Assembly (NCBI RefSeq): GCF_001017655.1
Contig: NZ_CP010904.1
Location: 60,001-92,000, forward strand
Direction: 5' to 3'
Source of the DNA: Kiritimatiella glycovorans
GTDB taxonomy: Bacteria > Verrucomicrobiota > Kiritimatiellia > Kiritimatiellales > Kiritimatiellaceae
DNA length: 32,000 nucleotides
Positions 17,959 to 23,846 of the stretch are shown in pieces (within the stretch, counting starts at the first letter, position 1; every line of letters begins with the position of its first letter). A model generated the notes under the pieces. It had not been told where the DNA came from. It saw only the letters and a list, made by a program, of their open reading frames with translations, and did no database searches. The position numbers were made by a program, and so were the translations under genes.

Positions 17959-17991
17959 GAGCCGGATGCGGGAAATCCGCATGTCCGGTTC
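17959..17991 (+). ncRNA. Group II intron domain V (catalytic hairpin)
   Basis: GAGCCGGAUGCGGGAAAUCCGCAUGUCCGGUUC has the AGC triad, a GNRA-type apical loop and a 2-nt bulge. It lies 27 nt after the IEP stop. Confidence 0.85.
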
Positions 17992-18155
17992 GACGAGGGG
18001 GAGGGCAGTCAGCGGTCATTGGCTCTAAGCCTCTCATCCCGTGGCTCCCTCTCTACTCTACTGGCCGAAAACACAAGAAAGGTCTCTCGCCAAGGCGCAG
18101 AGATCGCAAAGATGAATGAGAAGAGCACAGGCAAAGAAATGGTGCGTTCTCTCTT

Positions 18156-18252
18156 ACGTTCGTAGTAGGCCCGCAGGTCCGCGCAGCGGGGCCAGGGCCG
18201 TTATCTTCACGCGCCTTGGCCCTTCGGGCGCTTACGGCGCTACTACGAACGT
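18156..18252. other. 97-nt structured element: perfect 13-bp closing stem around three GC-rich sub-hairpins
   Basis: ACGTTCGTAGTAG (18156-18168) is the exact reverse complement of CTACTACGAACGT (18240-18252). Internal hairpins are CCCGC..GCGGG, GGCCAGGG..CCTTGGCC (one G-T, so it favours + strand RNA) and C-TTCG-G. Function unknown. Confidence 0.4.
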
Positions 18253-18398
18253 TTGTCGTCTCCCATCCCGACCCCGGCATGATCTGTGACCGTTGTGGTG
18301 AATCCCCATCCCGCCTCTTCCCCGAACGGCTCCACCACAAAAATCTACGAAGAACCGGATTTTTGTAGAACTACTGAAATCGTAGCGGCTGGATTAGA

Positions 18399-18700
18399 AA
18401 TCCGCTTGCGTCACAACGCACGCGTACTCGAATTCCTTGAATCGATGGATGGGATCGCGCCTTCGGCGCTCCGAGTACGCGTACGAGTACGAGTACGAGT
18501 ATATGTCCCCCTCCTCAACCAACCTTCATGTTCTTCATGGTTCTCTCTCCCCTCCGATCTGCCGCATCCCACCTTTCCCGGGAACCCTTCCATAAAAATC
18601 CACGAATAACCCTTTTTTCCGCCGGGACACCCTGATTCAAAACTCACTTCAATGATCACAGGGGGATTCGAGCGCGTCTTCGGGCAATGTTGAAGTCAGG
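18399..18700 (-). repeat. Modular intergenic repeat, copy D (L2 end, hairpin core, (GAGTAC)5 arm, box with micro-ORF, terminal 18-mer)
   Basis: AATCCGCTTGCGTCACAACG L2 end as in copy A. 64-bp core identical to copy C. GAGTAC-type hexamers at 18473-18502. Box CCTCAACCAACCTTCATGTTCTTCATGG at 18513-18540. CCGCATCCCAC, ACAGGGG, and GGCAATGTTGAAGTCAGG at 18683-18700, as in copy B. Confidence 0.85.
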
Positions 18701-19594
18701 AATGGTCGGAGCGATATCGACCGCCGAGACCGGTTCCGCGCGGCGCTGTCCGGCCTTCACCCCTTTCGGCCAGCGGATGACCAGCGGCACGCGAATGCCG
18801 GCGTCGTAGAGATACGGTTTGCTGCGGATAAATCCGGGGCCCTGGTCGCCGGTGACGATGATCATCGTCTCGTCGAGGACGCCGCGTGTTTCGAGCCGTT
18901 CGAGCAGAAGCCCGATGCCCGCGTCCGCGCGTTCGACCTCGTTGTAGTAGCCGGCGACCTCTTTTCGCAGCGCCGGGTCGTCGATGCCGCCGAGGAAATC
19001 CCACGCCGTTACATCCTCCGCCCCGCGCGGATGCGCCGGGAAACCGTTACGCTGATCCTCAAACGGGGTGTGCGGATCGACGTAGGCGTACCAGATGAAG
19101 AAGGGTTTATCGCCCGCCTGCTGCCTGTAACGATCGGCGATCGTGACCATGCGTGCGTTGTCGCTGCCGACCGGCGTCGCAAAATCGAAGTCGGGGAACC
19201 CGTGCGGGTTCATGTGCAACTTGCCGGTCGAACGAAGATCGTATCCCGCGGCGCGAAGCCAGTCGACCAGGCACGGCGTTCCGTCGTGTACGGCGTATCC
19301 GCTCACGGTCAGCCCGACCTGGCCGTTCGCATGCGGGTAGATTCCGGTGATCATCGCACTGCGCGAGGGACTGCACGAGGGCTGGGCACAGTAGGCGACC
19401 TCGAAGAGCGTGCCCTCGCGCGCGAGGCGGTCGATGTTCGGCGTCCGCGCCTGCGGGTCGCCGTAACATCCGCACTGATTGCCCATATCGTCCGTGACGA
19501 TCAGGATCACGTTCGGCGCCTTTTTCTCCTCCGCGGCACCCAGCGGCAGTGCCGCCGCACAGGCGGCGGCCGTCAGATATTCACGTCGTTTCAT
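18656..19594 (-). CDS. Sulfatase (formylglycine-dependent arylsulfatase family), apparently C-terminally truncated; possible pseudogene
   Basis: Signal peptide MKRREYLTAAACAAALPLGAA. NVILIVTDDMG metal site. CSPSRSAMITG (CxPxR FGly motif). The ORF stops at 312 aa, right after VDIAPTI, the point where family members normally continue for roughly 150 more residues. The last 14-16 codons lie in repeat copy D. Confidence 0.75.
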   Translation of the reverse strand: MKRREYLTAAACAAALPLGAAEEKKAPNVILIVTDDMGNQCGCYGDPQARTPNIDRLAREGTLFEVAYCAQPSCSPSRSAMITGIYPHANGQVGLTVSGYAVHDGTPCLVDWLRAAGYDLRSTGKLHMNPHGFPDFDFATPVGSDNARMVTIADRYRQQAGDKPFFIWYAYVDPHTPFEDQRNGFPAHPRGAEDVTAWDFLGGIDDPALRKEVAGYYNEVERADAGIGLLLERLETRGVLDETMIIVTGDQGPGFIRSKPYLYDAGIRVPLVIRWPKGVKAGQRRAEPVSAVDIAPTIPDFNIARRRARIPL

Positions 19595-19606
19595 GCGCGC
19601 GTCTCC

Positions 19607-19998
19607 TTATTCTTCCGGGCCGGATGATTCCGGGTCGAGGGTCTCCACGATACACTGATCGATTTTCCCCTTAAATTCGGTATTTCCGCCCTCCCCAAGC
19701 ACAAACTTCGCTTCCTGTTCAAGGAGGTGGCGACCCTTCAGCGCGATCTCCTCCCGCCCCACATTGCCCACTTCGAGCACGCCGCGGTCGAGGCGGGGAT
19801 CTCGAGACGGCCGCCCCCTTCGGCGAGCAGGGCATCGAGCGCCCGCTGAAAAGCGGCCGAGTCGTCCCCTCGATCATTGGGGATCGCGCCGTACTCCGCC
19901 ACGGACACCATACCCTCGGCCACGTGTGTTTCGGAAACCGCAACCCCGGCCGCCGTAATCAGCAAAGCCGCGACGATCCTGTAGAGCCTATGCGTCAT
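19607..19998 (-). pseudogene. Decayed remnant of a secreted pectate-lyase-superfamily (Pectate_lyase_3-like) gene, frameshifted and truncated
   Basis: Signal peptide MTHRLYRIVAALLITAAGVAV, then VSVAEYGAIPNDRGDDSAAFQRALDALLAEGGGRLEIP, which resembles the N-terminus of the beta-helix family. The frame breaks near 19795-19800. A second frame continues to a TAA at 19607-19609. Total coding potential is about 130 aa, against more than 400 expected. Confidence 0.3.
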
Positions 19999-20102
19999 CC
20001 CCCCCCCCGACAAGGAGGCCATTCATACACATCCGGGCAACCCCGCCGCAAGACGATCAACTTTTTCGCCCCCGCGCATCCCCGTCCCCGCCCGCGTCCC
20101 GA

Positions 20103-21617
20103 TCAGTCGAGATGGACGTCAACCTCGGAGGTCCAGGCGGACGCGTGCTCGCATGCGGACGGTTCACGTTGAAAGGACGGGAGGATGCGGTAGTAGACCT
20201 GGAGGGCGAGGGCGGAGTAGGCGGTGACGCTGATGATCTCCTCGCCGGAGGGATCGCCGGAGGGCGGCTTCCAGCAGCCGTCCCGCTCCTGGGCGTCGAG
20301 CAGCATCGGAGCGAACCGCTTGTTCCAGTCGCGCCACGGGCCGCCTCCGGCGTGAAACAGGGCCTGGGTGGTGTAATACCACTCATAGGCGATGTTGAAA
20401 CTGCGCCGCGAAGCCACCTTCTCCCACCCCTCGTCCCATTCGCTGATCCGGCATCGGCGCAGATGACCGAGTCCCGCCTGCGCGAGTTCATGACCGCCCG
20501 AGCCCATGAGCTGCAGGCAGACGACGGCGACCCCGGTCATGTAGTCATGGCTCACCGGCGTCTTGATGCCGATTCGGTAATGAAACACGCCCTCGCCGGC
20601 ATGATGCGCTGCAAGGGCGCGGGGAAACCGCTCGAGCGCCTCCTCAAGCCCCGGCACGAGCACGCCCGCCGCACGGCCGGCGCACAGGGCCTGGACCTGC
20701 CAGCCCGCTACGGACAGATCGCTCCACTCCGCTTTCTGGTAGCGGTGATCCCACCCGCCCCCGCGCTGCTGCCCCTCGACGATCACCGTCAGCGCCTTCC
20801 GCAGCGGATCCCGCAGGACCGGCGCGCGGGTCAGCCCGTAGGCCTCGCACAGCGCGTAGGTGGCGATGGCGTGACCGTACACGCCGAGATCGTCCGCGTG
20901 TCCGGGGGACGAAAAGGGCACCACCGGACAGAAGTGACCGGATCCGTCCTGGGCCTCCAGCAGGTACATCATAGCATCGCGGACTGCGTGCCCGTATTCC
21001 CGCGACGAACCGGTCTCGCCGTGCGCGAGATAGGTCATCAGCACCAGCCCCGTGAGACGGCAGCGCTCCTGGGTGCGCGTCTTGGCGCCGGAAACCGGAC
21101 CCCAGGAGCCGTCGGCATTCTGACGGTCCCGAAGCCAGTCCAGGGCGCGGGTCAGCGCGCGCTCAATGCTCAACGCATGCTCCGGAACGTGGCGATGAAG
21201 CAGCTTCTTGCGCCGCTCCTCCGTCCTCCCGGAAAAGCGGGTCGGCGCGGGAACGCTCTCCTCCAGGACTTCGCGCGTTATGGACGCGGAGGGAACAGGG
21301 GGCGAAGGCGCGGATACCTCCGCGGGCAGGGATTCGAGATCGGGAGCGGGCATCTTCATCTTCGGCGCGCTGACGACGGGCGGGGACGGCGGCGCATCCT
21401 CCCCGACGGCCGGTTCGGGCGGGGGCGGATCGATCGCCGGCGGGGCGTCCTCGACCGTTTCGACCGTGACCCCGGGCCCCGCGGGCTCAGGGATCTCGTG
21501 CACGATCCATCGTGTCAGGGCGAGGACGATGATCGCATGGACGAGCAGCGAGCCCGCCGGCCCGCCGAACCGGGATCCGAGCCGCTTGAGTTTTTCATGC
21601 CGCGAGTATTCAACCAC
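20103..21617 (-). CDS. TonB-like membrane anchor plus Pro-rich linker fused to a prenyltransferase/squalene-cyclase-repeat (alpha/alpha-toroid) domain
   Basis: N-terminal single TM with His (SLLVHAIIVLALT). Pro-rich spacer (PPAIDPPPPEPAVGEDAPPSPPVV). At least four QW-like repeats follow (LRDRQNADGSWG, LLEAQDGSGHF, IVEGQQRGGGWD, LLDAQERDGCWKPP). It is the last gene of the ExbB-ExbD-ExbD operon, where tonB normally sits. Confidence 0.7.
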   Translation of the reverse strand: MVEYSRHEKLKRLGSRFGGPAGSLLVHAIIVLALTRWIVHEIPEPAGPGVTVETVEDAPPAIDPPPPEPAVGEDAPPSPPVVSAPKMKMPAPDLESLPAEVSAPSPPVPSASITREVLEESVPAPTRFSGRTEERRKKLLHRHVPEHALSIERALTRALDWLRDRQNADGSWGPVSGAKTRTQERCRLTGLVLMTYLAHGETGSSREYGHAVRDAMMYLLEAQDGSGHFCPVVPFSSPGHADDLGVYGHAIATYALCEAYGLTRAPVLRDPLRKALTVIVEGQQRGGGWDHRYQKAEWSDLSVAGWQVQALCAGRAAGVLVPGLEEALERFPRALAAHHAGEGVFHYRIGIKTPVSHDYMTGVAVVCLQLMGSGGHELAQAGLGHLRRCRISEWDEGWEKVASRRSFNIAYEWYYTTQALFHAGGGPWRDWNKRFAPMLLDAQERDGCWKPPSGDPSGEEIISVTAYSALALQVYYRILPSFQREPSACEHASAWTSEVDVHLD

Positions 21618-21636
21618 AGCCGCCTCGGGGATATCG

Positions 21637-22065
21637 TCAATGCGGGTTCTGCCGGGACCGCACCACCGCGAGCTTTCTGAGCCCGCAGGCCGCGCAGTGA
21701 TCCAGCACGGAGACCAGAGCCCGGTGCGGGGCGCGCGGGTCGCTCTCGACGTGAACGCGCTGGTTGGTGCTGCAGCGCGCCAGGCTCGCGAGGATCGTCT
21801 TCAATGACGCTTCATCCACCTCGCGCCGATTGATCGCGAAGCGGCCGTCGCCGGAAAGCACGGCCACCCGGATCACCGGTGCCGCACTCGCGTGCGGCGG
21901 GGGGGCCTCCGCCTTAGTCTTCCGGGAGACGGCCAGACCGGCGAGCCGTTCGGGCTCGCTGAAGGTGACCAGAAAATAGATCAGGAGCTGAAAGACCACA
22001 TCGATCATGGGCGTGAGCGACAGCTCCCCGTCGTCGTCCCGGCTTCGCCTTTTGCGTCCGTACAT
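21637..22065 (-). CDS. exbD: Biopolymer transport protein ExbD/TolR (second copy)
   Basis: LSLTPMIDVVFQLLIYFLVTF signature TM segment, a periplasmic domain of about 140 aa in total, and operon context. Confidence 0.85.
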   Translation of the reverse strand: MYGRKRRSRDDDGELSLTPMIDVVFQLLIYFLVTFSEPERLAGLAVSRKTKAEAPPPHASAAPVIRVAVLSGDGRFAINRREVDEASLKTILASLARCSTNQRVHVESDPRAPHRALVSVLDHCAACGLRKLAVVRSRQNPH

Positions 22066-22085
22066 GCCCGTTCTCCACCCGGGGT

Positions 22086-22511
22086 TCAGCGTTCCTCATG
22101 CAGGGCAATAAAACTCAATTCACCCATGCCCGCCGCGGCGCAGGCGTCCATCACGGCCTGCACCGCCGCATGTTCCGCGCGACCGTCGGCCCGTATGCGG
22201 GCGGGCACAGGGGCGTGTTCGCCTCCGTGTTCCAGCGAGGCCTTGCGCAGCACGCGCGCGAGCCTCTCCGGGCCGAGCCGGGTGCGCGCGATGAACACCT
22301 TGCCCTCGCGGTCGACCTCGATGGTGATGGTACGCGGATCCTTTTCCGCGCTCAGTTCCGGCGCGTTCGGCGCCTTCGCGAGTTCGATGAATTCGCTCAG
22401 CGCCTCGCGGTCGAGCTGCACCGTACAGACGAAAAAGATGATCATCTGGAATACGACGTCGATCATCGGCGTCAGGTTGACGTTCGCCGCCGCGGCTTCA
22501 GGGCGTCTCAT
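22086..22511 (-). CDS. exbD: Biopolymer transport protein ExbD/TolR (first copy)
   Basis: VNLTPMIDVVFQMIIFFVCT signature. Overlaps the exbB 3' end by 14 nt. Confidence 0.85.
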   Translation of the reverse strand: MRRPEAAAANVNLTPMIDVVFQMIIFFVCTVQLDREALSEFIELAKAPNAPELSAEKDPRTITIEVDREGKVFIARTRLGPERLARVLRKASLEHGGEHAPVPARIRADGRAEHAAVQAVMDACAAAGMGELSFIALHEER

Positions 22512-23181
22512 CTTCGCGGCCCTCCCCGCACCCGCCGCCCAGGCGGCCGGCGAGATCCAGGCTCGCCGATTCCAGCGCCAGGAGTATTTTCGAGGCGCGG
22601 TTGCGGAAGACGTGAAAACATCCCAGGGCGGGGACGGCGATCAGCAGTCCCGCGGCGGTGGTGTAGAGCGCCTGCGAGATGTTGAGGGCCAGCATGGCAT
22701 TTTTGGCCGCGCCGGCTTCGGTCCCGAGCGTGGCGAAGGCGAGGATCATGCCCTGCACGGTTCCGAGCAGACCGCACATGGGGGTGAGGTTGCCCACGAC
22801 GCTCAGAAAGTGAACCCGCTGCAGCAGCTTTTCCCGCTCCATTTCCGCCGCCGCGGCCGCCGACTCGCGCATGGCTTCAATCCCCTCCGAGGAACGCTCG
22901 ATACCGGCGAGCAGGATGGCCGAAAGCGGCCCCGGTTCCGCTTCGCAGCGCGCACGAACCTTCTGCAGGTCCCGCTCCCGCGCCGCCTCCTCGATCAGCG
23001 CTAACAGACCGGCGGGCAGCAGCCGCGCACGGCGCACGCGGATCAGCGAGTCAACCACCAGCGAACAGGCCGCCAGCGACAACAGGGCCAGCACAGTCCA
23101 GAGCACGATACCCAGCGCGCCGCCGTCGGCGACGACGCGAAAGAAGGAAGAGGTCCCGGCCGCGGCAAGAAAAGTGATCAT
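22498..23181 (-). CDS. exbB: MotA/TolQ/ExbB proton-channel protein
   Basis: Three TM segments. Conserved GNLTPMCGLLGTVQGMILAF and ALYTTAAGLLIAVPA motifs. The start overlaps the upstream stop (ATGA). Confidence 0.85.
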   Translation of the reverse strand: MITFLAAAGTSSFFRVVADGGALGIVLWTVLALLSLAACSLVVDSLIRVRRARLLPAGLLALIEEAARERDLQKVRARCEAEPGPLSAILLAGIERSSEGIEAMRESAAAAAEMEREKLLQRVHFLSVVGNLTPMCGLLGTVQGMILAFATLGTEAGAAKNAMLALNISQALYTTAAGLLIAVPALGCFHVFRNRASKILLALESASLDLAGRLGGGCGEGREDETP

Positions 23182-23846
23182 TCATGTACTCCCGTTTTTA
23201 CCTGCTCCGGTTCTCCGAAGAAGAGTTCCACGATGCGCCGGTCCGTGCGGGCCCGCGCGGTCTCGCCCTGCGCGTATCTCCGCGCAGCACGCTTCCTGTA
23301 CGCCGCCGCCGCCCGCCGCCGTCCGGCACGGCGGATCTGATGTTCGATCTCCTGTTCGATCCTGGCGTCCTCCGCGGAATGTTCCAGCGCGTCGAGGTAC
23401 GCGGCGCGCAGGGTGTCGTCGGACGCCGCCCGCGGACTGCGCGTAAACAGGGTTTCGAGCGCCCGCGCGGCGTCCGCGTGCCGGTCCCGCCGGCGGCCGA
23501 CCCGCACCAGGGCGCGCAGGGCCTCCAGGTCCCACTTCAACCCGCAATACCGATCCGATATCTCCCGCAGCGCGCGTTCGGCTTCCGCGTGCCGTCCGTC
23601 CTCGAGCGCCGCCAGCGCCTCGTCCAGGGCGGCCGGTCGCGGGGCACAGGCGGAACGATAACGGCCGCGCGGAAAGACCAGCTTCTGGCCGCCCTCTTTG
23701 ATCAGCGTGACGGCCCCTGTGTCGTCGCACCGGACGTCGAGGCCCGTGAGCCGGCGCCCTCCGCGGGTCAGGACGTACGCCTCGTCCTCCGCGCACACGG
23801 CACATGCGGCGACGAGCACCACCAGTACGGCGCGGCCTCTTTTCAT
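23178..23846 (-). CDS. Small secreted/lipoprotein-like helical-repeat (TPR-like) protein of the ExbBD operon
   Basis: Signal peptide with a lipobox-like VLVAAC. Ala/Arg-rich helical repeats. 4-nt overlaps with both neighbours. No specific family recognised. Confidence 0.55.
   Translation of the reverse strand: MKRGRAVLVVLVAACAVCAEDEAYVLTRGGRRLTGLDVRCDDTGAVTLIKEGGQKLVFPRGRYRSACAPRPAALDEALAALEDGRHAEAERALREISDRYCGLKWDLEALRALVRVGRRRDRHADAARALETLFTRSPRAASDDTLRAAYLDALEHSAEDARIEQEIEHQIRRAGRRRAAAAYRKRAARRYAQGETARARTDRRIVELFFGEPEQVKTGVHE

Larger units (their letters stand above)
16161..18061 (+). mobile_element. Bacterial group II intron (about 1.9 kb; ribozyme domains I-VI with the IEP ORF in domain IV)
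   Basis: 5' GTGTG at 16161. About 440 nt of structured RNA precedes the ORF, including GCGAAAGC and CUCGUAGUAGU..GGGGUAAUGCCC motifs that resemble the Ll.LtrB DIII/DIV junction. RT/maturase ORF. Canonical domain V at 17959-17991. A putative DVI helix pairs 17995-18003 with 18045-18053, with a bulged A at 18055. The 3' end (..CUAC) is placed at about 18056-18061, plus or minus a few nt. Confidence 0.8.
14626..18398 (-). mobile_element. IS110-family insertion sequence region (ends not resolved), with a group II intron inside or abutting its 5' non-coding end
   Basis: Transposase at 15042-16070. About 390 nt of non-coding DNA lies 3' of it. The 5' non-coding DNA is split by the intron (16071-16160 plus about 18062-18398). 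The block is visibly less GC-rich than its flanks and is bracketed by repeat copies C and D. No terminal inverted repeats were seen, as expected for IS110. Confidence 0.45.

Noticed and set aside
16133-18037. 634-aa ORF on the minus strand covering the whole group II intron.
   Set aside because: It is antisense to an RT/maturase with intact RT1-7, YADD and X motifs and to ribozyme domain V. The composition is Pro/Arg/Ser-rich with no motifs. It is a shadow frame.
18156-18252. The 13-bp-stem palindrome considered as an integron attC site or a small SRP/tRNA-like RNA.
   Set aside because: The ends do not fit the attC R''/R' cores (RYYYAAC / GTTRRRY). No integrase is nearby. There is no SRP domain IV motif and no tRNA-like T-loop. 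It is kept only as an unexplained structure.
14395-18700. Possibility that the RT plus nearby repeats (and the Avd-like four-helix-bundle gene at 28470) form a diversity-generating retroelement.
   Set aside because: The RT has the group II maturase X domain and is embedded in a complete ribozyme (DV directly downstream). The repeat copies differ by indels and module swaps, not adenine-specific substitutions. The Avd-like gene is 10 kb away with no TR/VR pair.
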